Of a stretch of DNA of 64,000 nt, positions 33,027 to 41,828 are shown piece by piece. The position numbers were made by a program, and so were the translations under genes. The notes below the pieces were generated by a model. That model was not told the origin of the DNA, did no database searches, and worked only from the letters and a program-made list of their open reading frames with translations. Where the stretch lies: positions 3,520,001 through 3,584,000 of the forward strand of contig CAVUSO010000001.1 of assembly GCA_963744145.1 (NCBI GenBank), read 5' to 3'. The stretch is from an uncultured cyanobacterium (GTDB taxonomy: Bacteria; Cyanobacteriota; Cyanobacteriia; Cyanobacteriales; CAWUOF01). The stretch's first letter is position 1. Every line of letters starts with the position of its first letter.

Positions 33027-34703
33027 TTAATAGGATTTTGCTAAATTTTGGAGTTGTTGTGTTACTTGTGTAAATACTCCAGCCCAATCTCCCAGGTTTG
33101 GCTGACGAAATAAACGCATACTGGGATACCAAGGAGTATCAGAACGCTCTAAGAGCCATCGATTATCTGGTACATAAGATATTAGCACCCAGACTGGTTT
33201 GCCGATCGCTCCAGTTAAATGTGCAACAGCAGTATCGACAGTAATGACTAGATCAAGCTGGGATATAATTGCCGCAGTATCAGCAAAGTCACCTAACTCA
33301 GAGTTTAAATCTTGGATCACTATTTCTGATGGTAATTGAGCTAAATCTAATGCTCTTGGTCCTTTTTGGAGACTGTAAAAAGTAATCCCAGATATCTGCA
33401 AAAGGTCTTGAAATTGAGTTAAAGAACAGGAACGACTACGATCTTTAGGATGATGAGGATTACCTGCCCAAACGATCCCAATTTTGAGCTGGTTAGTTTT
33501 TGGTTCGAGTTGACAATTGACCGATGTTGGAGGACTTAGATAGGGAATTGAGCAAGGGATTGTTTCTAAAGTAGTTTTAAATATATAGGGAAGACTCATT
33601 AAGGGTAAATGAACATCAAACCTGGGTAACTCAGTTTCAGTAACAACTAGTTGATTGATTCCAGCACAAGTAGACAGTAATCTAGCCAGTGGTGGTGGAC
33701 ATAAAACTACTACTTTTCCACCACAGGCTTGAACTTTTTCTGCATAACGGATAAACTGAATTGTATCACCAAAACCATATTCAGCATGAAGTAAAATTGT
33801 ACTTCCTGCTAAATCTGAACCATCCCAAAGCGGTTGAGGAAAAGAAAGTGGTGGATTCTCTCCTCCTAACCCCATCCGCCATTCCGCTTCAGCAAATCCA
33901 TGTTCAAAGTCTCCACATCTGATTAAAATTAGCCCTCGATTTAAGTGGGCATTACCAAAGTTTGGATTCAGTTCAATTGCCCGACTGTAGCATTCTAGGG
34001 CTTCTTTAAACTCTCCTCGATCTTCAAGAGCTAATCCTAAGTTGTTATGTAGTAAAGCATTGTTGGGATCAAGTTGAAGGGATTGCTGATAATAACTAAT
34101 CGCTTGATCTAGTTGGTCTTGTTTTTGAAAAATAATCCCTAAATTGTAGTAAGTCATCGCGAATTTTGGCTCGATCGCAAGGGCTTTTTGGTAACAAGTT
34201 ATTGCCTGATCAATTCGACCTTGTCTCTCAAAAATTAATCCTAAATTATGATAATTAATTGGAGAATTTGGAGCTAAATTTATCGCTTGTTCATAGCAAT
34301 ATATAGCTGACTCAAGCTGATTTTGGCTAATTAAGATATTGCCTAATATGTTATATATTTCAAGTGCTTCTGGCTGTAATTCTAAAATTTGCCAATAGAT
34401 GGTTTCTGCTAATTGCAATTTTCCTGATTCCAGGTAATCGGTTGCTACTGCTTGCAAAAACTCAATTAATTCAGTTGTCCAGATTTCAATTTGTTCAGGA
34501 TTTCCTAAGCTAATTGCTGATAACCATACTCCTTGAGCTTCTAATTCTTCTCCTTGGAGTAACCAGGCTAATCCTAAATTCCAATAATTAGATTGGTCTG
34601 TAGGCTGCTCGGTAATACATTGTTGGTAAATAGCGATCGCTTCGGGATATTTACATTGAGCTAAATATTCACCAGCCTGTTGCGGTCGGGCAATAATTTC
34701 CAT
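33027..34703 (-). CDS. TPR + GT-B (GT9-like) glycosyltransferase, paralog A
   Basis: Same motifs as paralog C; GAGG RBS upstream. Confidence 0.88.
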   Translation of the reverse strand: MEIIARPQQAGEYLAQCKYPEAIAIYQQCITEQPTDQSNYWNLGLAWLLQGEELEAQGVWLSAISLGNPEQIEIWTTELIEFLQAVATDYLESGKLQLAETIYWQILELQPEALEIYNILGNILISQNQLESAIYCYEQAINLAPNSPINYHNLGLIFERQGRIDQAITCYQKALAIEPKFAMTYYNLGIIFQKQDQLDQAISYYQQSLQLDPNNALLHNNLGLALEDRGEFKEALECYSRAIELNPNFGNAHLNRGLILIRCGDFEHGFAEAEWRMGLGGENPPLSFPQPLWDGSDLAGSTILLHAEYGFGDTIQFIRYAEKVQACGGKVVVLCPPPLARLLSTCAGINQLVVTETELPRFDVHLPLMSLPYIFKTTLETIPCSIPYLSPPTSVNCQLEPKTNQLKIGIVWAGNPHHPKDRSRSCSLTQFQDLLQISGITFYSLQKGPRALDLAQLPSEIVIQDLNSELGDFADTAAIISQLDLVITVDTAVAHLTGAIGKPVWVLISYVPDNRWLLERSDTPWYPSMRLFRQPNLGDWAGVFTQVTQQLQNLAKSY

Positions 34704-34820
34704 GTGCTGTTCAAATTACCTCAAAAACTAGCATAATCTCATCCCAATTTCATAGATTAGCACTACAAATTGCTCGATCGCTAATCTCAAGGAAACATCA
34801 ACAAAATTTTATCCAGGTCC

Positions 34821-34857
34821 GTAGTTGCGATCAGAGCGCCGCTTTCATCGCAACTAC
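34821..34857. repeat. GTAG...CTAC REP-like palindrome
   Basis: GTAGTTGCGAT-N15-ATCGCAACTAC, perfect 11-bp stem. Confidence 0.7.
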
Positions 34858-34887
34858 ATACTCTTCTACGCCCTTCAACTTCGCCCC

Positions 34888-34992
34888 CTTCGACTACGCT
34901 CAGGGCACGCTTCGACTTCGCTCAGGGCACGCTTCGACTTCGCTCAGGGCACGCTTCGACTTCGCTCAGGGCACGCTTCGACTTCGCTCAGG
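34888..34992. repeat. Tandem 22-bp repeat (4.8 copies)
   Basis: CTTCGACT(A/T)CGCTCAGGGCACG units at 34888, 34910, 34932, 34954 and partial at 34976; no spacers. Confidence 0.92.
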
Positions 34993-35394
34993 TTAAACAA
35001 GCAGATAAACGAACGGACAAGCTTGGGCTGATCTGAACCGTATTATAGATGATCTATAGTCAGAATTTCCCTAATTGGGATTAAATTGAATTGTGAGTGT
35101 GCCCGTTGCCCCACCAGCTTGGTCATATAATTTCTTCAAACTCATAACGACTACGCTTAGGATACCTGATTTAATCAGGAAGAAGAAAAAAAGCTCCAAA
35201 GGTTGTCAATGTGGGTGATGTATGATATGTAGGATAATCCCTGCGGCGCGGTTGGATGCCGCTTGTCCGGTTTAAGCAAATTCCTCAATAGCTGGTAATC
35301 CTTTATTGATAAGCTTTTAGAGCGATCGCCACCAGCAGGAAAGAAAAGTTGAAAAAAAAAAATTTCCGCACCTGATATGAAAGTAAGTTGAGAT

Positions 35395-35401
35395 GGGTAA
35401 G
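35395..35401 (+). promoter_or_regulatory. SigF-type promoter element of pilin gene
   Basis: GGGTAAG 53 bp upstream of the pilin ATG, matching the GGGTAA element of cyanobacterial SigF/pilA promoters; AAGGAG RBS at 35440. Confidence 0.55.
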
Positions 35402-35453
35402 TTAGAATCAAGAGAAAGAAATCAAACATCCCATACCTCAAGGAGACCCTGTT

Positions 35454-35975
35454 ATGAAGACCGAATTTAAAGCCAAATACCTATATCACTTAAATAGCAA
35501 AAAAGGCGATAAAGGTTTTACTCTAATTGAACTACTAGTTGTTATCATCATTATCGGTATTCTTGCTGCGATCGCTCTACCTTCATTCCTCAGCCAAGCA
35601 GCTAAAGCGAGACAATCTGAAGGTAAAAGCTATGTTGGTGCTACTAACCGCGCTCAACAAGCCTATCGTCTAGAAAACCCTCAATTTGCTAGCCAATTTA
35701 CCGCCTTAAAGATTGGTCTACCTAGCCAAAGTTCTAACTATTCTTATACACTTGGTACGACTAACAATACAACCACAGCATTCATCACTGCTGATGCTGT
35801 AGACCCGACTTCTACTAAATCCTTTATCGGTCTAGTAACAATTAGCGCCACTGGTAACTCTGTTGCAGGTGCTTGCGAAACAACTGCTGCTGGTACTGCC
35901 GCTAGCATTAGTTCCGGTATCACTAGTGATGGTACTTCCGTTACTTGTACTGCTCCTGCGGAACAAATGCAATAG
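35454..35975 (+). CDS. pilA: Type IV major pilin (Pilin_GH-type)
   Basis: Prepilin G|FTLIELLVVIIIIGILAAIALP; Ser/Thr-rich C-terminus with a Cys pair; codon usage typical of high expression. Confidence 0.92.
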   Translation: MKTEFKAKYLYHLNSKKGDKGFTLIELLVVIIIIGILAAIALPSFLSQAAKARQSEGKSYVGATNRAQQAYRLENPQFASQFTALKIGLPSQSSNYSYTLGTTNNTTTAFITADAVDPTSTKSFIGLVTISATGNSVAGACETTAAGTAASISSGITSDGTSVTCTAPAEQMQ

Positions 35976-36020
35976 TAAGAGCGTTTTTTACTTTGTTGAG
36001 CTGATCAAAATTTTAATCAA

Positions 36021-36055
36021 GGCTATCAGTCAAAAGAGTTTGGCTGATAGTTTTT
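36021..36055 (+). terminator. Intrinsic terminator/attenuator between pilA and OGT gene
   Basis: GGCTATCAGTCAAA-AGAG-TTTGGCTGATAG hairpin followed by T5. Confidence 0.7.
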
Positions 36056-36075
36056 GTATTATCTAAATACCATAA

Positions 36076-38220
36076 ATGGAAATTAAGTCCAATCGAAGAA
36101 TATTAATTTATCAGCAAGCGATCGCCGCTAATCCCACAAAAATATCGAATTACTGGCAGTTAGGATTAGCACTACTTCTAGATGGACAAGAAGCGGAAGC
36201 ACAGCTAACTTGGATGTCTACTTTACTGGATGCTGACTCGGAGCAAGAACAAGAATGGCTAGGTGAATTATTGCAGATCTTACAAGAAGAAGCCCAACAG
36301 CAAGAAGCTAGATGCCAAGATCAGACAGCATGGTTAATCAGACAACATATTCAACAAATTTTTCCGGAAAACCTGGACAATTTATTGCGGATTGTTCAAC
36401 TAGCGATCGCTACTGAAACTTTAACCAATGATGAGCCAGCTTTATCTCAAGTCATTAAAATTCTTCATGAAGCTAATTTAACAATTAACTCTGATTTATT
36501 ACTAACAGTTCTACAACAAGTTTTAAATTTTGATCCCTATCCATCAGTTGTCATTGAATTAGCAGAAGCTTGTAGATTATATCATACTGATCAGCAAAAT
36601 TTACTGAAAATATTATTAGAAAGAGCCAGGAAATTTGAGCAAACTTGTCGTCCTGATTTGGCTTTACCGTTAGGGAAAATTTGTCTACAAATTAGTCCTA
36701 ACAATGCTTATGTTTTGGAATGTATGATCACATTTTTACAAGACTTAGGTAAAAGTTTAGAAAGTATTCCTTTAGCTAAACAGCGTCTCCAACAAGCACA
36801 GCATATAGCTGAAAAAATTGTCATTACTCACTCCATGCTCAGAGGTTTAATGCAAGCAGGTGGAGAATGGGAAAATACTAATAATGTCCATGAAAATTAT
36901 AAAAATTTATTATTAGATTTTGTCCAAGTCAAAAATAAAACTCCTTTAGATTATCTGACTAGAATAATTTTAGCTGGTGGTTTTTTCCCTTATCTTAAAG
37001 ATCAGCCAGCTATCAATCGTCCAATTCGCAATCAGTTTGCTAGGGTTTGTCAAGATAATTTGCGAAATTATTTTCCAGAGCAGGTAAGCAGATATCAGCA
37101 ACATTCTCTTGCTGTAACTAGAGTTAATTCTCCAGTTTTAAAAATTGGCTATTTATCTGAATGCTTTCGTCAACACTCAGTTGGTTGGTTAGTGCGGTGG
37201 ATTTTTAAGTATCATAACTCTAATCGATTTGAAATTCATGCTTACTCCTTGCGTCATACAGGAGATGTGTTACAACAGCGGTTTGCTTCGGAATATTGCA
37301 CTAATTTTCACGAATTATCCGGTTCGGTAGAGGAAAGTGCAGATCAAATTTATCAAGATGGAATCAATGTGCTAGTTGATCTAGATAGTCTCACCTCTAA
37401 CTATGCTTGTACTATTCTGGCACTGAAACCAGCTCCAATTCAAGTTACTTGGTTAGGATTTGATGCTTCCGGACTACCTGCAATTGATTATTTCTTTGCT
37501 GATCCTTACGTCTTACCAGACTCAGCCCAAGATTACTATACAGAAAAAATTTGGCGATTGCCTCAAAGTTATATCTGCGTTGATGGATTTGAAGTGGGTA
37601 TACCAACTTTACATCGGGAACAACTTGATATTCCGCGGGAAGCAATTATATATTTTAGTTCTCAGACTGGATATAAACGTCATCCTCATAATATTCAACT
37701 CCAAATGCAAATTTTGAAGGAAGTACCTAATAGTTACTTTCTGATCAAAGGACTGGATACAGATTTAGAATCAGTTAAAAATTTATTTGCTCAAATAGCT
37801 GCTGATGTAGGGGTATCATTTGCACAACTGCGTTTTTTATCTCGCACAGAATCTTCTTTGACGCATAGAGCTAATTTAGCTATTGCTGATGTAGTGTTAG
37901 ATACTTATCCTTATAATGGTGCGACCACTACTTTAGAAACTCTCTGGATGGGAGTACCTTTAGTAACAAGAGTGGGGGAACAATTTGCCAGTCGTAATAG
38001 CTATACTATGTTGATGAATGTAGGTGTAACAGCAGGAATTGCTTGGACAGATGCTGAGTATGTTGATTGGGGAATTCGCTTGGGTAAAGATGCTCAATTA
38101 CGTCAGCAGATATCTTGGAAACTCCGGGAATCTAGACAAACCGCTCCCTTATGGAATGCTAAACAGTTTACTTATGAACTTGAACAAGCTTATGAGCAAA
38201 TGGTGATGCTGAAAAGTTAA
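36076..38220 (+). CDS. O-GlcNAc transferase / SPINDLY-like (GT41) protein, OgtA-like
   Basis: 'KIGYLSECFRQHSVGW', 'KPAPIQVTWLG', 'LDTYPYNGATTTLETLWMGVP'; immediately downstream of pilA. Confidence 0.9.
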   Translation: MEIKSNRRILIYQQAIAANPTKISNYWQLGLALLLDGQEAEAQLTWMSTLLDADSEQEQEWLGELLQILQEEAQQQEARCQDQTAWLIRQHIQQIFPENLDNLLRIVQLAIATETLTNDEPALSQVIKILHEANLTINSDLLLTVLQQVLNFDPYPSVVIELAEACRLYHTDQQNLLKILLERARKFEQTCRPDLALPLGKICLQISPNNAYVLECMITFLQDLGKSLESIPLAKQRLQQAQHIAEKIVITHSMLRGLMQAGGEWENTNNVHENYKNLLLDFVQVKNKTPLDYLTRIILAGGFFPYLKDQPAINRPIRNQFARVCQDNLRNYFPEQVSRYQQHSLAVTRVNSPVLKIGYLSECFRQHSVGWLVRWIFKYHNSNRFEIHAYSLRHTGDVLQQRFASEYCTNFHELSGSVEESADQIYQDGINVLVDLDSLTSNYACTILALKPAPIQVTWLGFDASGLPAIDYFFADPYVLPDSAQDYYTEKIWRLPQSYICVDGFEVGIPTLHREQLDIPREAIIYFSSQTGYKRHPHNIQLQMQILKEVPNSYFLIKGLDTDLESVKNLFAQIAADVGVSFAQLRFLSRTESSLTHRANLAIADVVLDTYPYNGATTTLETLWMGVPLVTRVGEQFASRNSYTMLMNVGVTAGIAWTDAEYVDWGIRLGKDAQLRQQISWKLRESRQTAPLWNAKQFTYELEQAYEQMVMLKS

Positions 38221-38245
38221 AAAATCTTTGATCATCCATTTTTTA

Positions 38246-38962
38246 TTATAAGTCTGTCGAAGGATTGGGCACTCTGAATATTACAAAAGATTGATAACCT
38301 GTATCTATCAAAGTATGCTGAAATTTGGTATCTTTAATGAGATCATCAGCTACCCTTTTTATTGGTGAGTTATTACGATTTTGTTCATCATACCAACCAA
38401 AATAATCATGCAAAATAAAATATCCTCCCGGTCGCAAATAGGGCACGTATTGTAAAACATCTGCTGCACATCCATCATAACGGTGATCTCCATCCATAAA
38501 AATCAAATCTACTTTTTCAGTAAAGGTTACTTCTGAGGAGCGTTTATCAATAAACTCAACATATTCAATCAAACCAGCTTGGGCGATTAATTTAGTTGCT
38601 TCTGAGGTAGGAAATGGGTCAATTGAGTAAAATTTACGTACTTGCGGTTTTTCAAAGTCCTCATAATTTATATCTGGGCGTTGCTTGTGCATCATGGGTT
38701 CTTGCCAATCAATTTCTAGAAACTTTAAAGCACTAGCTAAACAAAGAGTAGAAAAACCCTTAAATCGTCCGATTTCAATTATTCTAGATGCTCGAATTGT
38801 GACGGCTAGAGAAAAAAGAGTCATCCCCAGACCAAACTCGGAACCAGCAGATTCTAATGAAGAGCGCATAAATTGGAAGAACCTGCCAAAATAAGGAGGA
38901 ATTTCTTCCTGATTTTGGTGCAGTAATTCAGTTACGGCGTTATATTCACGGCTAGACTGCAT
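38246..38962 (-). CDS. Class I SAM methyltransferase (Methyltransf_24-like)
   Basis: 'IIEIGRFKGFST', 'DLIFMDGDHRY', 'GGYFILHD'. Confidence 0.85.
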   Translation of the reverse strand: MQSSREYNAVTELLHQNQEEIPPYFGRFFQFMRSSLESAGSEFGLGMTLFSLAVTIRASRIIEIGRFKGFSTLCLASALKFLEIDWQEPMMHKQRPDINYEDFEKPQVRKFYSIDPFPTSEATKLIAQAGLIEYVEFIDKRSSEVTFTEKVDLIFMDGDHRYDGCAADVLQYVPYLRPGGYFILHDYFGWYDEQNRNNSPIKRVADDLIKDTKFQHTLIDTGYQSFVIFRVPNPSTDL

Positions 38963-39030
38963 AAGTTAACTCTCCAAAGTTATCATGATCTATAAGAATG
39001 GTTTGCCCGAAGATATCAAAATATCCTTAA

Positions 39031-39093
39031 CTAGCCCAGCAAGGGCATGAAGTATTTCTTTTTAATCATACCTTACGCTCTGGCAGATCCTGC
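39031..39093 (+). pseudogene. 63-bp remnant of the GT4-TPR-OGT gene
   Basis: 62/63 identical to 48757-48819. Confidence 0.85.
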
Positions 39094-39100
39094 TGAAAAG

Positions 39101-41797
39101 TTAAAAATTCTCTCTTCTTGATTGAACAGCCTGCTGATAAAATGCTTCTAGACCTTTTACGCACTCTTGATCATTATAAAGATAGTCGTGCCGTTCCTTG
39201 ATGCGTTTGATGATATCATGTCGCCAATCTGAGTTTAAACCTAATTTGACAGCAATTTTAATATACTCTGCTTCTGTGTCTGCAATGGTTTCTGTAACTC
39301 CTAGCATTCGGAGAATCCCATAGGAGTGACGTCCACGCATAAATTCACCAGGACAAGTTACTACTGGTAAATTACAAGCGATCGCTTCTAGTGTAGTTTT
39401 TCCACCAGACCAACTAAAGGTATCCAGAAAAATATCTGAAAGTAAATTTAGCTGCAAATAATCCACTGTAGACATTCGAGGTAAAATGATACAGTATTTT
39501 TCACTATTTAACCCTAATGTTTCAAAAGCACGTTGCAAACGCTGACGAAATAAGTTAGTAACTGATTCGGTATCATGAGCTAAAAATGCAAACTTTGATT
39601 GGGATACTTGAGCGGCAATTTCTGCAAAAATATAGTCATACTGAGGTAAATATTTATACAGAGACTGACAAGATAAATAGATAATATTATCTTCAGGTAA
39701 ATTAAAATCTGAACGACTTTTAGTTAGGGGAGGAATAGGTGGTTTAGAATAAGAAACTCCCAGATTAGGTAAGCGGATTAAGGTCTCCGAATAATGGTCT
39801 TGACCATTTTCTGGTTCCATTAAGTCACTAGATAGAAAGTAATCTATGTTTGGTAACCCTGATGTAACTGGATGACACCAGGTTGTGCATTGAATTGGTG
39901 CAAGACGTAATGCTGCTAGTAGGGTTGATTTAGGATACATTCCAATATCAATAAATACGAGAATATCTAATTGGTCAGCTATGATTTGTTGAGCAACTAT
40001 TTCCACACTACTATAAACAATATGATGAAAAATATCGCTATAAAGTTGAAACTCTTCACTCACGGAGTCGATTTTTTGATCAAGATAATAAGCATAAATT
40101 TCAAACCTTTGTCGATCGCAATAACGCAACCAACCAAGGGATAAATTAGCAACCACATGTTGTCGCATATTCACCGAAATATAACCAATCCTAATTTGAT
40201 CATTTTCCGTCCGAGGTGGTAGCGATCGCGGTTGGATAAATGCGGGATAACTAGCAGTTACAACTCGCTCAACAAATTCTCCATAGTAACTCTGTAATTC
40301 TCGGTCATTAAGACCTTGGTATGCTAGAAAAAAGTTGGTGTTTGCACCTATCCCAATCAACGCATTGTTAACATTTTCAGGAGTGAAAAGAGCTGTTTGC
40401 TGAATCAAATTGTGCAATCCCTGGGTAAACTGCTGACGGTAATAATTGACTTCTGCTTCTGTGCTATAAAGAGTAGGTAATTTTAATTGTTTTCTCAACC
40501 TGGAAATTGCTAAGTTATGCAGAATGTCTGGATTTGACGGTTCCCTGTGCTGTAATTGTTCATAAAGTTCGATCGCTTCCTCTGGTTGTCCTTGCATTAA
40601 TAGTGCATTACCTAAATTGATATGACTACCAATATGGTTGGGATTAATTGCGATCGCTTGACGGTATAGTTCTTCTGCTTGTTTGTAGTTTCCATTCCAC
40701 AATAAAATATTCCCCAAGTTATTATAAGCATCAATATAGTTAGGATCGATTTCAATTGCTCTTTCATAAGCAGCGATCGCTTCTGGATGATTATCTACCT
40801 TTTGTAATACCATCCCAATTCCGTAATAAACCAGTGCTTTTGCAGCATCAATTTCTAAAGCTTTACATAGTGCATTTATTGCTTCGGGGTATCGCTCTGT
40901 TGTATAATAAAGCATTCCCAAATTATACCAAATATCAAAATTCCTTTCATCCCATCGGATAAACTGTTGATATTTTTCCTCTGCTCCAGTTAAATGTCCT
41001 TGTTGATGTAGCTCAATTGCTTCTTGATAAAGAGATGCTAATGCTTTTTTATTTTGCTGACAGGGTAAGCTATAAATTGCTCGAACAACTGATTGGTTAC
41101 GAATTTGGCAAAAATTTGTCCAATCATGGTGATTAATTCTTTCTATATCCCAACTTAAAACTTGGATACCATTACCAAATCCGCGATCGCTATCTTGGGT
41201 GGTAGATAAGTCTAGTGCTAACTGACATTGAGGATAAGCAGCAATGAAGTCCCAAGTAGCTTGTTGCACTGTTCCCCAATTACTATCATTGATAATAATT
41301 AACGCTTGATCAGCTAGAAACGGTGTCACTAACAGTAATCCTAACAACTGCGATCGATAACCGTGATTACCATTATAAAAATACACTCCTATTTTATCTG
41401 GTAACCTCATTTCTCGAAGTTGAAAGAAAAATTCTTCAACTTCTTGATTGCAGAAAAAAACTTGTTCTTCCAGACCAAATTTAACTAGGTTTTCTATTAA
41501 TTTTTCTAATCTTTGGTCAAATTCTGAAAACTGATCTATAGCATAAACCATCTGTTCAGGATGGTTTAGCAGTGCTCCAATTAAAGTATCTCCTTTTCCA
41601 CAACCAACCTGACAATAAATTTCTTCTGGTGTTAAGCATTCTACCGCAAAATTGAGCAACTGCATCAAGTTAATGGTACTCAGTTCAGAAGAATTTTCAC
41701 CCAATCCATTGTAGTAGTTAGCTTTAGGTTGAACTGAATCTTGGTTCCAATTTTCGTACAATAGAGATAGTTGAGCGATAAATTTTTGATCTTTCAT
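39101..41797 (-). CDS. Degenerate MTase-like domain + TPR + GT41 (OGT-like) protein
   Basis: N-terminal 'LLNFAVECL..YCQVG..GVYFYNG.H.YRSQLLGL'; TPRs; 'RIGYIS', 'RLAPIQ..WCHPVTSG', 'LDTFSWSGGKTTLEA'; ATG 41797. Confidence 0.85.
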   Translation of the reverse strand: MKDQKFIAQLSLLYENWNQDSVQPKANYYNGLGENSSELSTINLMQLLNFAVECLTPEEIYCQVGCGKGDTLIGALLNHPEQMVYAIDQFSEFDQRLEKLIENLVKFGLEEQVFFCNQEVEEFFFQLREMRLPDKIGVYFYNGNHGYRSQLLGLLLVTPFLADQALIIINDSNWGTVQQATWDFIAAYPQCQLALDLSTTQDSDRGFGNGIQVLSWDIERINHHDWTNFCQIRNQSVVRAIYSLPCQQNKKALASLYQEAIELHQQGHLTGAEEKYQQFIRWDERNFDIWYNLGMLYYTTERYPEAINALCKALEIDAAKALVYYGIGMVLQKVDNHPEAIAAYERAIEIDPNYIDAYNNLGNILLWNGNYKQAEELYRQAIAINPNHIGSHINLGNALLMQGQPEEAIELYEQLQHREPSNPDILHNLAISRLRKQLKLPTLYSTEAEVNYYRQQFTQGLHNLIQQTALFTPENVNNALIGIGANTNFFLAYQGLNDRELQSYYGEFVERVVTASYPAFIQPRSLPPRTENDQIRIGYISVNMRQHVVANLSLGWLRYCDRQRFEIYAYYLDQKIDSVSEEFQLYSDIFHHIVYSSVEIVAQQIIADQLDILVFIDIGMYPKSTLLAALRLAPIQCTTWCHPVTSGLPNIDYFLSSDLMEPENGQDHYSETLIRLPNLGVSYSKPPIPPLTKSRSDFNLPEDNIIYLSCQSLYKYLPQYDYIFAEIAAQVSQSKFAFLAHDTESVTNLFRQRLQRAFETLGLNSEKYCIILPRMSTVDYLQLNLLSDIFLDTFSWSGGKTTLEAIACNLPVVTCPGEFMRGRHSYGILRMLGVTETIADTEAEYIKIAVKLGLNSDWRHDIIKRIKERHDYLYNDQECVKGLEAFYQQAVQSRRENF

Positions 41798-41828
41798 ATT
41801 GATTTTACAGAAATTTAACTTTTTACAT

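Noticed and set aside
34888..34992. CRISPR array
   Set aside because: Units are head-to-tail with no unique spacers, and there are no cas genes nearby
34825..35031. 68-aa ORF
   Set aside because: It is just the translation of the palindrome and tandem repeat
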